Source of the DNA: Burkholderiales bacterium
GTDB lineage: Bacteria; Pseudomonadota; Gammaproteobacteria; Burkholderiales; SG8-39
NCBI GenBank assembly: GCA_035456405.1
Contig: DATIDG010000094.1
Span: forward strand, 8,625-72,624
Reading direction: 5' to 3'
DNA: 64,000 nucleotides
Shown here: in pieces, positions 47,750-57,802 of the stretch
How the letters are laid out: every line of letters begins with the position of its first letter
Numbering within the stretch: the stretch's first letter is position 1
Notes under the pieces: model-generated
The model's database searches: none
The model's input: only the letters and a program-made list of their open reading frames with translations
Told to the model about the DNA's origin: nothing
Translations under genes and position numbers: made by a program

Positions 47750-48796
47750 ATGAACCGACCCGAGCTGCTCCTGGAATACCCGTTCGCCGCGCCGCCGCCG
47801 CCGGGCGAGGTGCGCGAGGCTGCGCCGGGCGTGCACTGGCTGCGGATGCCGCTGCCGTTCGCGCTCGACCACATCAACCTCTGGGCGCTCGAGGACGGGA
47901 AGGGCCTCGCGCTCGTCGACACCGGCCTCGGCAACGACGCGACCCGCGCCCTGTGGCAGCAGGTGTTCGACGGCTTCGTGAAGGGTCGATCCGTCACCCG
48001 CGTCATCGCGACGCACCTCCATCCCGACCATGCCGGCAATGTCGGCTGGCTCACCGAGCGGTTCAGCGCGCCGCTCTACATGTCGCAGTCGGATTACCTG
48101 ACCGCGCACGCCTGGCGCGAGAACACGGCGGGCTTCTCGATCGAGGCGCTGATGGCGCACCTCCGGCGTCACGGCCTCGCCGGCGAGATGTACGAAGGGC
48201 AGGCGAGCCGCGGTAATGCGTACCGGCGCAGCGTTCCCGCCTTTCCGGCCGCCTACCGGCGCATCATGGAAGGCGACGAGCTCGAGGTCGGGGGACGGAT
48301 GTGGCGCGTGATCATGGGCTACGGACACGCGCCGGAACACGCGTCCCTCTACTGTCGCGAGCTCGAGGTGCTCGTCTCGGGCGACATGCTGCTCCCGCGG
48401 ATCTCCACCAACATCAGCGTCAACCAGGTGGATCCGGACGCCAATCCGCTCGCGCTCTTCCTCGCGAGCCTGCACCGCTACACGAAGGAGATCGGCGGCG
48501 ATCCGCTGGTGCTGCCCTCGCACGGGCTGCCGTTCCGCGGCATGCGCGAGCGCGTCGGCCAGCTCGAGGCGCATCACGCCGCGCGTCTTGCGGAGCTCGA
48601 GGACGCGTGCGCCGAGCCGCGGTCGCCGGCCGACGTCATCGGCACGCTCTTCCGGCGCAAGCTGGACGTGCACCAGACCTTCTTCGCGATGGGAGAAGCG
48701 CTCGCCCATCTCAACTACCTGATGCACGCCGGTCGGTTCATCCGGCAGACCGGCGCCGACGGCGTGGTGCGCTTCGTCCGCGCGCGGGGCGCGTAA
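47750..48796 (+). CDS. MBL-fold metallo-hydrolase
   Basis: The ATG at 47750 gives MNRPELLLEYPF... The ATHLHPDHAGN (HxHxDH) motif is present. The TAA stop overlaps a possible phaC ATG (TAATG). Confidence 0.85.
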   Translation: MNRPELLLEYPFAAPPPPGEVREAAPGVHWLRMPLPFALDHINLWALEDGKGLALVDTGLGNDATRALWQQVFDGFVKGRSVTRVIATHLHPDHAGNVGWLTERFSAPLYMSQSDYLTAHAWRENTAGFSIEALMAHLRRHGLAGEMYEGQASRGNAYRRSVPAFPAAYRRIMEGDELEVGGRMWRVIMGYGHAPEHASLYCRELEVLVSGDMLLPRISTNISVNQVDPDANPLALFLASLHRYTKEIGGDPLVLPSHGLPFRGMRERVGQLEAHHAARLAELEDACAEPRSPADVIGTLFRRKLDVHQTFFAMGEALAHLNYLMHAGRFIRQTGADGVVRFVRARGA

Positions 48797-48936
48797 TGGC
48801 GAGCCGCACGACGACCCACGGCGCGGGGCCCGCGCGCAAGGCGCCGCCCAAGGCGACGCGCAGCCGCGCGGCGAAGCGCGCCGCCGAGGAAACAACGAAG
48901 AAGCCCGAGAACGAGGCAGGTCGAGGAGGAGAAGCG

Positions 48937-50763
48937 ATGAACAAGCGCGAGGAGCAGGAGTCGGCGCCGCAACCGGCGGACGTCGCGAAGGTGTTCGGCG
49001 AGGTCGCGGAGCGCTCGTCCAGCGTGCTCGGCGACTTCCTCAAGCGCCACGCGAGCGGCAAGGGCCTGTCGTTCGGCGACGAGCTCGGGATCGCGAAGGC
49101 CTTCATGGACATGTGGGCGAAGCTCGCGGCCAACCCGATGGCGCTCGCGCAGGCGCAGATGAACATGTACTTCGACTACCTGCGCCTCTGGCAGACCTCG
49201 TGGCTGAAGCTGCTCGGCCACGAGACCAGCCCGGTCGCCGCGCCCGGGAAGAGCGACGCGCGCTTCAAGGACGACGAGTGGCAGTCGAACTTCGTCTTCG
49301 ACTACGTCAAGCAGGGCTACCTCATCGCCGCGCGCCACATCCACGACGTGGTGTCGAACGTCCAGGGCATTCCGGACGAGTCGAAGAAGAAGGTCGACTT
49401 CTTCACCCGCCAGTACATCGACGCGCTCAGCCCGTCCAACTTCGCGCTCACCAACCCGCAGGTGATGCGCGAGACGATGAAGACCGGCGGGCACAACCTG
49501 GTGAAGGGCCTGAAGAACCTGCTCGAGGACCTCGACGAGGGCGACGGGCAGCTGCGCATCAAGATGACCGACATGAAGGCCTTCAAGGTCGGCGTGAACG
49601 TCGCCACTTCCAAGGGCAAGGTCGTCTACCAGAACGAGCTGATGCAGCTCCTCCAGTACGACCCCCTGACGGCCGAGCAGTACCGCCGGCCGCTGCTGAT
49701 CGTCCCGCCGTGGATCAACAAGTTCTACATCCTGGACCTGCGCGAGAAGAACTCGTTCATCCGATGGGCGAACCAGCAGGGCCACACGGTGTTCGTCGTC
49801 TCGTGGGTCAATCCCGACGCGCGCCTCGCGCACAAGAAGTTCGAGGACTACATGTTCGAGGGCACGCTCGCCGCGCTCGACGCCGTCGAGGCGGCCACCG
49901 GCGAGCGCGAGGTCAACACGATCGGCTACTGCCTCGGCGGCACCCTGCTCGGCGCGACGCTGGGCTACCTTGCAGCGAAGGGCGACGACCGGGTCAAGAG
50001 CGCGACCTTCTTCGTGTCGCTCCTCGATTTCTCGGTCCCGGGCGAGCTTGGGGTGTTCATCGACGAGAGACAGATCGAGAACCTCGAGAAGAAGATGAAC
50101 GAGCGCGGCTACCTCGAGGGGGCCGAGATGGCCACGACCTTCAACATGCTGCGGTCGAACGACCTGATCTGGTCGTTCGTCATCAACAACTACCTGATGG
50201 GCAAGGAGCCGTTCCCGTTCGATCTGCTCTACTGGAACGCCGACTCCACGCGCATGCCCGCGGCGATGCACAGCTTCTACCTGCGCAAGATGTACCTCCA
50301 CAACCTGCTGCGCGAGCCCGGCGGCATCACGCTCGGCGGCGTGCCGATCGACCTCACCAAGGTGAAGGTGCCGGCGTACTTCATCTCCACCGTCGAGGAC
50401 CACATCGCGCCCTGGAAATCGACGTACCTCGGCGCGCGCGTTCTCGGCGGGCCGGTGCGCTTCGTGCTCGGGGGCTCGGGCCACATCGCGGGGATCGTCA
50501 ACCCGCCTGCGGCCAACAAGTACGGCTACTGGACGAGCGACGCGCTCCCTTCCACGCCGGAGGCGTTCCAGCAGGCCGCGAAGCAGAACGAGGGGTCGTG
50601 GTGGAACGACTGGCAGGCGTGGATCGACGCCCTCAACCAGGGTGAGAAGGTGCCCGCGCGCACCCCCGGCGACGGCAAGCTGAAACCGATCGAGGACGCG
50701 CCAGGCTCCTACGTCGCGCTGCGCCTGGGCGGCGATGCGCAGACGGATGCCGTGAAGGCGTGA
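48937..50763 (+). CDS. phaC: Class I poly(R)-hydroxyalkanoate synthase
   Basis: The lipase box GYCLGG, VEDHIAPW and GGSGHIAGIVNPP are present. The ATG at 48937 is preceded by GAGGAGGAG. An upstream ATG at 48796 would add a 47-aa basic tail. Confidence 0.9.
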   Translation: MNKREEQESAPQPADVAKVFGEVAERSSSVLGDFLKRHASGKGLSFGDELGIAKAFMDMWAKLAANPMALAQAQMNMYFDYLRLWQTSWLKLLGHETSPVAAPGKSDARFKDDEWQSNFVFDYVKQGYLIAARHIHDVVSNVQGIPDESKKKVDFFTRQYIDALSPSNFALTNPQVMRETMKTGGHNLVKGLKNLLEDLDEGDGQLRIKMTDMKAFKVGVNVATSKGKVVYQNELMQLLQYDPLTAEQYRRPLLIVPPWINKFYILDLREKNSFIRWANQQGHTVFVVSWVNPDARLAHKKFEDYMFEGTLAALDAVEAATGEREVNTIGYCLGGTLLGATLGYLAAKGDDRVKSATFFVSLLDFSVPGELGVFIDERQIENLEKKMNERGYLEGAEMATTFNMLRSNDLIWSFVINNYLMGKEPFPFDLLYWNADSTRMPAAMHSFYLRKMYLHNLLREPGGITLGGVPIDLTKVKVPAYFISTVEDHIAPWKSTYLGARVLGGPVRFVLGGSGHIAGIVNPPAANKYGYWTSDALPSTPEAFQQAAKQNEGSWWNDWQAWIDALNQGEKVPARTPGDGKLKPIEDAPGSYVALRLGGDAQTDAVKA

Positions 50764-51668
50764 CCCGCCCGCGCCCGGGCGCTTCCCCGGGGCTTTATCT
50801 CCGGCTCGTCCTCATGGCCGCCTGCTGGGGCGGCCAGTTCGTCGCCGGGCGCACGGTCGCCCCCCTCCTGCCGCCGTTCACCGCCGGTGCCCTGCGGATC
50901 GCCCTGGCGCTCGCGATCCTGCTCGTGCTCGTGCGGGTTCTCGAGGACGGCCTCCCGCGCCTGGATCGCCGCAGCCTCGCGGCGATGACGGCGCTCGGGT
51001 TCACTGGCGTCTTCGTCTGGAACGCCTGTTTCTTCCCGGCGCTGGAACGCGTGCCCGCGGGCCGCGGCGCCCTGATCATGGCGCTCAACCCGGTCGGGAC
51101 CGCACTCGGCATGGCGCTCATCTTTCACGAGCGGCTGACGCGCGTGCGCTGGCTCGGCATCGCGCTCGCGCTCGCCGGGGCGGTGGTCGTGATCTCGCGC
51201 GGCGACTTCCCGTCGCTCTTCACCGGCGCGCTCGGACCGGGCGAGCTGCTGCTCTTCGGGACGGTGCTCGCCTGGGTGTGCTACACGCTCATCGGGCGCG
51301 GCGTGCTCGCCCGCATCTCGCCGCTCGCCACCACGACCTGGGCTGCGGTGTTCGGCGGCGCGATGCTTGCGGTCGCAGCGCTGTTCGAGCAGCCCTGGGC
51401 GGCGCTTGCGGCGCTTCCCATGCAGGGCTGGGTGTCGATCGCCTACATCGGTGCGTTCGGCACGGTGCTCGCATTCCTCTTCTTCTCGGAGGGCGTGCGG
51501 CGCATCGGCCCCTCGCGCACCGCGATCTTCATCAACCTCGTCCCGGTGTTCGGCGTGACCTTCGCCGCGCTCTTCCTCGGCGAGCCGGTCCTGGCTAGTA
51601 TGATCGTTGGCGGGGCGTTGGTGATCGGCGGGGTCCTGCTGACCAATCGCGTGTTCGCGGCGAGGTAA
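50760..51668 (+). CDS. EamA/DMT-family transporter
   Basis: 302-aa ORF with 10 predicted TM helices. Its GTG start overlaps the phaC stop (GTGA). Duplicated EamA halves are present. Confidence 0.8.
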   Translation: MTRPRPGASPGLYLRLVLMAACWGGQFVAGRTVAPLLPPFTAGALRIALALAILLVLVRVLEDGLPRLDRRSLAAMTALGFTGVFVWNACFFPALERVPAGRGALIMALNPVGTALGMALIFHERLTRVRWLGIALALAGAVVVISRGDFPSLFTGALGPGELLLFGTVLAWVCYTLIGRGVLARISPLATTTWAAVFGGAMLAVAALFEQPWAALAALPMQGWVSIAYIGAFGTVLAFLFFSEGVRRIGPSRTAIFINLVPVFGVTFAALFLGEPVLASMIVGGALVIGGVLLTNRVFAAR

Positions 51669-51793
51669 GCGCCGGCAGGGGTCCCTGCGGTCCGGGGGGA
51701 AAAGTGCCCGCCCGCCGTCCTTCCCGTCCTGCTAAAGTGGGCGCGCGCCGCGCGCCGTGCGCGCGCGGGCGGATGCAATCCGATGGGACCGCG

Positions 51794-52849
51794 ATGAAGT
51801 TTCTGTGGCCTGAAGCGCTCTGGCTGTTGCTCGCCGCGCCGCTGCTCGTGGGCGCCTACATCCTCCTGTTGCGGCGCAAGAAGAAGAGCGCGATCCGCTA
51901 TGCCAGCCTGAGCCTGGTCAAGGAAGCGATCGGCCCCGGCCAGCGCTTCCGGCGGCACGTCCCGCCACTACTCTTTCTGCTCGCCATGGTGGTCGCGATC
52001 ATCGCGATTGCGCGTCCGAGCGCCGTCGTCACCCTGCCGTCCGAGCAGCGCACGATCGTTCTCGCGATCGACGTGTCGCTGAGCATGCGCGCATCCGACA
52101 TCGAGCCCAGCCGGCTCGAGGCCGCCCAGGAAGCGGCAAAAGCGTTCGTCCAGGAGCAGCCGGCGGACGTGCGGATCGGCATCGTGTCGTTTGCCGGCAC
52201 CGCGTCGGTCGTCCAGTCGCCCACGCGCAATCGCGACGACCTCGTCGCCGCGATCGACCGGTTGCATCTGCAGCGCCACACGGCGATCGGCAGCGGGATC
52301 ATCGTCGCCCTCGCGACGCTCTTCCCCGACGCCGGCATCGACCTGGAGTCGCTGCTGTTCGGCGGCCGCGCGAATCGCGACGGCGGGCGCGCGCTGCCGG
52401 CGGACAAGGCAGCCAAGGCGGAGCCGAAGCCGTTCACGCCGGTGCCGCCGGGGTCCTACGCGTCCGGCGCGATCATCCTGCTCACCGACGGCCGCCGGAC
52501 GATGGGTCCCGACCCCGCCGACGCGGCGCGGATGGCCGCCGACCGCGGCGTTCGCGTCTACACGGTCGGCTTCGGCACCGCGGAGGGCGGCATGGCCGAC
52601 GTCGGCGGGTGGTCCATCTACATGCGCTTCGACGAGGAAACGCTGAAGATGGTTGCGGACATCACGCGCGCCGAGTACTTCTACGCGGGCAGCGCGGCGG
52701 ATCTGAAGAAGGTCTACCAGCAGCTGAACACGCAGTTCGTCCTGGAGAAGAAGGAGACCGAACTAAGTGCGCTCGTCGTCGCGGCGGCGGCCGTCCTGGC
52801 GCTCGCCGCGGGCGTGCTCTCGGTGCTCTGGTTCAACCGGATCGTGTGA
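51794..52849 (+). CDS. VWA-domain membrane protein (BatA-like)
   Basis: The ATG at 51794 gives MKFLWPEALWLLLAAPLLVGAYILLL. The MIDAS motif is VLAIDVSLSM. There is a C-terminal TM helix. Confidence 0.85.
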   Translation: MKFLWPEALWLLLAAPLLVGAYILLLRRKKKSAIRYASLSLVKEAIGPGQRFRRHVPPLLFLLAMVVAIIAIARPSAVVTLPSEQRTIVLAIDVSLSMRASDIEPSRLEAAQEAAKAFVQEQPADVRIGIVSFAGTASVVQSPTRNRDDLVAAIDRLHLQRHTAIGSGIIVALATLFPDAGIDLESLLFGGRANRDGGRALPADKAAKAEPKPFTPVPPGSYASGAIILLTDGRRTMGPDPADAARMAADRGVRVYTVGFGTAEGGMADVGGWSIYMRFDEETLKMVADITRAEYFYAGSAADLKKVYQQLNTQFVLEKKETELSALVVAAAAVLALAAGVLSVLWFNRIV

Positions 52850-53348
52850 CGGCCGAAGCCACCGCGAGCCCTGGCGGTCGGCTGAGCGTCTGGAACACGA
52901 CGCAGTAGCGTTCGGTCAGCCGCAGCAGGTTCGCGATCTGCTCCTCGGACGCGTCGGTGTCGAGCTCGAACCGCAGCCGGATGTCGCGGAAGCCGACCGG
53001 CGTGTCCTTCGCGACGCCGAGCGTGCCCCGGAAGTCCAGATCGCCCTCGGCGCGGACCGTCGCATCGCGCAGCTCGACGCCGATCGCGGTGGCGACCGCG
53101 CGGAGCGTGACCCCCGCGCACGCCACGAGCGCCTCGAGCAGCATGTCGCCCGAGCAGGCGCTCAGGCCATCGCCGCCGGTGGCCGGGTGCAGCCCGGCCG
53201 TGACGAGCGCCTTGCCGGTCTCGACCTTGCACGCGACACCTTCGCCGATGCGGCCCTGCGCGCGCAGGGTGATCAGCGCGGCGCCCGGGTCGTCGCGATA
53301 CCGCGCCTTCAAGGGCGCCTGCAACGTGCGGAGCTCCTCGGCGTTCAT
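52833..53348 (-). CDS. OsmC family peroxiredoxin-like protein
   Basis: 171-aa ORF with two conserved Cys regions (LSACSGDMLLEALVACAG and TERYCVV). It has a 17-nt convergent overlap with the VWA gene. Confidence 0.8.
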   Translation of the reverse strand: MNAEELRTLQAPLKARYRDDPGAALITLRAQGRIGEGVACKVETGKALVTAGLHPATGGDGLSACSGDMLLEALVACAGVTLRAVATAIGVELRDATVRAEGDLDFRGTLGVAKDTPVGFRDIRLRFELDTDASEEQIANLLRLTERYCVVFQTLSRPPGLAVASAVTRSG

Positions 53349-53362
53349 GACTCCTCCCTCGA

Positions 53363-54892
53363 TCAGGCAGGCGCGCGGGCCGGTTCACGCACTGCCAGGC
53401 AGATCGCGCCGAACAGCGCATAGCCGAGCGCCACCATCGGCGACATGGCCCAGCCGAGCTGCGCGCCGTGGATGAAGCCGAAGAAGGACAGCACCGCGCC
53501 GGCAAACGCGTACATCGCCGCCATCTTGAACTGCCGGTCGATGATGAAGGCGGCCATCGCGCCGAGCACGAGCCCCGCGAGCACGGCCCCGCCTCCGAGC
53601 AGCTCCATGCCGTGATACACGACTCCGGTGCTGCCTAGTGCCGCGATGCCGACCTTGCCTGCCGCCGTGCCGGCCGCAGCGAGCGCACTGTCGACCTGCA
53701 GCTGTCCCCACGCTGCGACGTTCGGGATGATCGCGAGGATCACCGCAGGCGCGTGCTCCTTCGGCGAGGCCTGGAAGGCCTGCGCGCCGATCACCAGCCC
53801 GATGTAGAGCAGGATCGGCAGGATCGCGACGAGCGGCACAACCGCGAGCAGCAGGGCGGTGAGCCCGAGGAAGCACACGAGGCCGATCACGACGCCGGTC
53901 GCGAGCGAGTAGCCGATGCGCCCGCCCACCGACTTCCAGCCGGGATGCCCGATGTAGACCGCCGGCGGGAACGGGCTGCCGAGCATCGATCCCACGACCG
54001 CGCCCACACCGTCGGCGAGAAGGATCTTACGCAGGCTGTAGTTGTCGCCGGCGGCGGCCGCGCTCTCGACGTTGTTCATCGCCTCGGTGAAGTTGTAGAT
54101 GCCGAGCGGAATCGCGGTGACGAGCAGCGGCGCCACGTCCTTCAGCCCGGCCCACACGTCGGCCGACAACCACGGCAGGTGCAGGCCGAACTGCGCGAAC
54201 GACTTCGTCACCTCGTCGGGCTTCATGTAGTCGCTCCAGCCGATTGCCGTCGCGGCCCACCCAAGCACGATGCCCACGACCACCGCGGCGAGGCCGCCCG
54301 GGATGCCGCCCGGCAGGCGCACGTTCGCCGTCCAGGCGATCAGCACGATCGCGAGGGACACGAACGCGATCCACGGCAGCTCCCACATCTGGAACGCCGG
54401 GCGCATCGAGATGAAGGCGATCGAGATGCCCGCGAGCGTCCCCAGCATCGCCGCGCGCGGCGTGTGCGCGCGGATCCACGGGCCGACGAACGCGCCGAGC
54501 AGCACGATCACGCCGATGATGAAGCACCAGGCGAGCCCCGCCTGCCACGCGAGCTTCGCGTCGTTCGTCTTGAGGTACACCGGCAGCATGATCACGAACA
54601 CGACGATGAACATGTGCGGCACGCTCGGGCCGTACGGCATCGCCGTCACGTCGGTGCGCCCTTCCTTCCGCGCGAGGCTCCGCGCGAGCCAGGCGTAGTA
54701 GAGGTTCCCGAGCGGGAGCGCGATGCCGAGCGCCGGCAGGATGCGCCCGAACACGAGCTCCTCGGGCAGCTTGACCACGTACAGGCACAGCCCGGTCAGC
54801 ACGATCACGTTCAGCACGACGTTCGTGAACAGCCCGAAGAAGCCGTTCCAGTCCCCGGGCACCCACCACCGCACCGCCGTTCCGTTCGGCAT
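53363..54892 (-). CDS. NCS2-superfamily (xanthine/uracil/vitamin C, AzgA-like) permease
   Basis: 509-aa polytopic ORF. Its composition and length are typical of purine/nucleobase permeases. The specificity call is weak. Confidence 0.7.
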   Translation of the reverse strand: MPNGTAVRWWVPGDWNGFFGLFTNVVLNVIVLTGLCLYVVKLPEELVFGRILPALGIALPLGNLYYAWLARSLARKEGRTDVTAMPYGPSVPHMFIVVFVIMLPVYLKTNDAKLAWQAGLAWCFIIGVIVLLGAFVGPWIRAHTPRAAMLGTLAGISIAFISMRPAFQMWELPWIAFVSLAIVLIAWTANVRLPGGIPGGLAAVVVGIVLGWAATAIGWSDYMKPDEVTKSFAQFGLHLPWLSADVWAGLKDVAPLLVTAIPLGIYNFTEAMNNVESAAAAGDNYSLRKILLADGVGAVVGSMLGSPFPPAVYIGHPGWKSVGGRIGYSLATGVVIGLVCFLGLTALLLAVVPLVAILPILLYIGLVIGAQAFQASPKEHAPAVILAIIPNVAAWGQLQVDSALAAAGTAAGKVGIAALGSTGVVYHGMELLGGGAVLAGLVLGAMAAFIIDRQFKMAAMYAFAGAVLSFFGFIHGAQLGWAMSPMVALGYALFGAICLAVREPARAPA

Positions 54893-54947
54893 GGTCTTCT
54901 CTCCCTGATGGCGCGCCCGCCCTGTCGCGGGCGCGGTACGAACCGTT

Positions 54948-55616
54948 CTATGCCTGCGCGAGCGCGTCGAGAAAGCGCTGCGAGTCGCTCACCCAGCCGA
55001 AGATGCCGCCCTGCGCCTTGATCATCTTCAGCGCCGCGACCTGGAACTCCGGGAAATACGAGCCCACGCAGTCCTCGAGCACCAGGCAGTCGTACCCGCG
55101 GTCGTTCGCCTCGCGCACGCTGGTGTTCACGCACACCTCGGTGGTCACGCCGCACACGACGAGCTGCCGGATACCGCGGTTGTGCAGCAGCGAGTCGAGG
55201 TCGGTGGCGTAGAACGCGCCCTTGCCGGGCTTGTCGACGACCGGCTCGCCGGGGGCGGGCTTGAGCTCGTCGACGATGTCGTGGCCGTATTCGCCCCGGA
55301 CGAGGATCCGGCCCATTGGACCGGGATCGCCGATGCCGGACTTGAGCCGCCCGCGCAGCTTCTTGCTGCGCGGCAGGTCGGTGAGATCGGGCCGGTGCCC
55401 CTCGCGGGTGTGCACGACCAGCATGCCGCGGGCGCGGGCGGCGTCGAGCACGCGCTTCGTGGGTGCGATCGCCTTGCGCAGGAGCGAGACGTCGTTGCCG
55501 AGCGCTTCGCCGAAGCCGCCCGGGTCGACGAAGTCGCGCTGCATGTCGATGATCACGAGCGCGCAGGTGCGCGGGTCGAATTCGAACTCGTAGGGTTCCG
55601 CCTTGACCGTCGCCAT
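54948..55616 (-). CDS. Isochorismatase-family cysteine hydrolase
   Basis: [11 protein letters not shown] (Asp) and [11 protein letters not shown] (nucleophile Cys) are present. SD GGAGGGAG lies upstream. Confidence 0.85.
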   Translation of the reverse strand: MATVKAEPYEFEFDPRTCALVIIDMQRDFVDPGGFGEALGNDVSLLRKAIAPTKRVLDAARARGMLVVHTREGHRPDLTDLPRSKKLRGRLKSGIGDPGPMGRILVRGEYGHDIVDELKPAPGEPVVDKPGKGAFYATDLDSLLHNRGIRQLVVCGVTTEVCVNTSVREANDRGYDCLVLEDCVGSYFPEFQVAALKMIKAQGGIFGWVSDSQRFLDALAQA

Positions 55617-55786
55617 CGCCTGCTCCCTCCGACTGTCGCTCGCACGAGATTCGAGGCGGACGTCCGGAGCGGACGCGGGCCTCCCGGCAGGGGCTTGCGT
55701 CGCGTTCTCCCGCTGCGCGCGGGGACGACGTCAGGGCGAGACGATACTCCGATCGCGGATTCGCGGTAATCGGGCCGCGCGCCCGA

Positions 55787-56554
55787 CTAGAGCGGAAGCT
55801 TGCGCGGTTTGCGCGGGGAGCGCCTGGAGAGTGCGTCGTAGAGCCGGTTCGGGAGGCGGCGCATCAGCCAGCCCACGATCGCCATCTGCCACGGAACGAC
55901 CGTAAGCGAGCGGCGCGCATCGATCGCGCGCGCGATGCGCCGCGCGCCGTCCTCGCTCGAGAGCAGGAAAGGCATCGGGTGCCGGTTCACGCGCGTCATC
56001 GGCGTGTCGACGTACCCGGGACAGACGGTGACCACGGCGACGCCGGTACCGGTGAGCTCGACACGCAGGCTCTCGAGCCAGGCGATCGCGCCTGCCTTCG
56101 ACGCAGAGTAGGCCCCTGCACCGGGCAACCCGCGGAACCCGGCGACGCTCGCAATGCCCGCGAGTATGCCCGCGCCGCGCGCGCGCATCGGCGCGACGAA
56201 CGGCTGGAACGTCGCCGCGAGGCCGACTACGTTGGTGCGGAGGACGCGGTCGAGCACCGCGACGTCCTCGGCCTCGGCGCCCGAGGTGCCGACGGAGATC
56301 CCCGCATTCGCGACGACGACGTCGGGCAGGCCGTGTCGGGAGACGAAGTCCTCGGCAGCCGCACGCAGCGCCGGCGCGTCGGCAACGTCGGCCGCGTACG
56401 TTGCGCACGCGACGCCGAGCGTGCGGGCGAGATCGTCGAGCAGGTCCTTGCGCCGCGCGACCAGGCCGAGCGCCGCGCCCTCGCGCGCGTAGTGGGCGGC
56501 GAGCGCAGCGCCGATGCCGCTCGAGGCGCCGGTGATGAAGATCGTTCTTGCGAT
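55787..56554 (-). CDS. Short-chain dehydrogenase/reductase (SDR); start codon unresolved
   Basis: The frame is open from the dsbA stop and encodes IARTIFITGASSGIGAALA...YSASK. There is no ATG, GTG or TTG before the cofactor motif, and the track calls only 55787-56257. The listed 5' end is an in-frame ATC. Confidence 0.65.
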   Translation of the reverse strand: MARTIFITGASSGIGAALAAHYAREGAALGLVARRKDLLDDLARTLGVACATYAADVADAPALRAAAEDFVSRHGLPDVVVANAGISVGTSGAEAEDVAVLDRVLRTNVVGLAATFQPFVAPMRARGAGILAGIASVAGFRGLPGAGAYSASKAGAIAWLESLRVELTGTGVAVVTVCPGYVDTPMTRVNRHPMPFLLSSEDGARRIARAIDARRSLTVVPWQMAIVGWLMRRLPNRLYDALSRRSPRKPRKLPL

Positions 56555-56561
56555 GGGAGGC

Positions 56562-57209
56562 TTACTTCTTCGCCGCCGGTGCCGCCGCCGCTTCCTTGCG
56601 CGTCCGGTCGATCAGCGCGTCGGCGGTGTGGAGAATCTGCTGCGGGACGCCCTGCGAGGCGACGAGATAGCGGCCGTTGATCATCAGCGCCGGCACGCCG
56701 TCGAGCCTGGAGTCGCGCACCAGCTGCTCGGCGCGCTTGAGCCTGCTTTCGACTGCGAACGACTTCAGCGCCGCCTGGAACTTGGCGACGTCGACCCCCT
56801 GTTTGCCGAGCCACTCCGCGAGCTGCCTGTCGTCGGTGATCCGCATGCGGTCCTTGTGGATCGCGTCCATGAGCGGCTTGTGCAGCTTGTCCTCGAGCTG
56901 CATCGACTCGAGCGCGTAGAACACGCGCGCGCTGAGCCGCCAGCGGTCGTTGAACGTGGCCGGGACGCGCTTGAACTGCACGTCCTTTCCGAGCTTCGGG
57001 ATCCACCGGTCGAGCAGCGGCTCCAGGTCGTAGCAGTGCGGGCACTCGTACCAGAAAAACTCCACCACCTCGATCTTCCCGGGCGCGTCGGTCGCGATCG
57101 GCGGGTCGATGTAGAGGAACGGCGCCTTCGTCTGCTGGGCGACCGCGGCGGGCGCGACGACAGCGGCGGCGAGGAGCGCGGCGAGCGCGCGGATGATGCG
57201 TCCGGTCAT
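56562..57209 (-). CDS. dsbA: Thiol:disulfide interchange protein DsbA
   Basis: A signal peptide and the FFWYECPHCY (CPHC) active site are present. Confidence 0.92.
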   Translation of the reverse strand: MTGRIIRALAALLAAAVVAPAAVAQQTKAPFLYIDPPIATDAPGKIEVVEFFWYECPHCYDLEPLLDRWIPKLGKDVQFKRVPATFNDRWRLSARVFYALESMQLEDKLHKPLMDAIHKDRMRITDDRQLAEWLGKQGVDVAKFQAALKSFAVESRLKRAEQLVRDSRLDGVPALMINGRYLVASQGVPQQILHTADALIDRTRKEAAAAPAAKK

Positions 57210-57220
57210 TTGTCTACCCT

Positions 57221-57793
57221 TCAGTTCTTGATCTTCACGAGCGAGGCGTCGATCGCGTTCTGCGCCAGCGTCTGGCGCACCCGGTTGATCTCGTCGAGCT
57301 GGGTGTAGGGGCCGAGCCGGACGCGGTACCAGGTGCCCTTGTCGGGCAGGTTGGCAGGCTCGACGCTCGCCTGCAGCCCCATTAACGCGAGACGCGCCTT
57401 CAGGTTGTCCGCGTCGGCCGGATTCTGGAACGCGCCCGCCTGGACGAAGTAGAGGTCCCGCGGCGTTCCCGACTTGTCGGCCTGCCGCGCGGCCGCGCTC
57501 TTCAGCTCGCGGTCGCTGACCGGCTCTTCCTGGCCGGGCAGGATCTTGTAGAAGTCGAACTTCGGCTTCTCGGCCGCACCCGTCTTCGCGGCGTCGGCGA
57601 GCTTCTGGTCGGCCTGGGGCGGCGTCCCGCGCGGCTGCGTCTTGGTCAGGAACGGCACCGGCGCGTTGGTCACGTAGATCGCCGCCACGGTGGCGATCGC
57701 GAGGCCGAGCACCAGTCCGATGAAGATGCCGAGCAGGGTGCCGCCCACGGGCTTTCTCTTCTTCTCGCGCGGGCGGGGCTTGTGGTCTCTCAC
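57221..57793 (-). CDS. SPOR-domain cell-division protein
   Basis: An N-terminal basic tail and TM helix precede the C-terminal SPOR domain (YFVQAGAFQNPADADNLKARL...WYRVRLGPY). Confidence 0.85.
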   Translation of the reverse strand: MRDHKPRPREKKRKPVGGTLLGIFIGLVLGLAIATVAAIYVTNAPVPFLTKTQPRGTPPQADQKLADAAKTGAAEKPKFDFYKILPGQEEPVSDRELKSAAARQADKSGTPRDLYFVQAGAFQNPADADNLKARLALMGLQASVEPANLPDKGTWYRVRLGPYTQLDEINRVRQTLAQNAIDASLVKIKN

Positions 57794-57802
57794 TCTTGCG
57801 GG

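Noticed and set aside
55617-55786. Possible riboswitch (guanidine/purine type) in the 170-nt leader of the hydrolase-permease operon
   Set aside because: I could not match any riboswitch consensus by eye. Only short GC hairpins are present. A covariance-model scan (Rfam/Infernal) would be needed.
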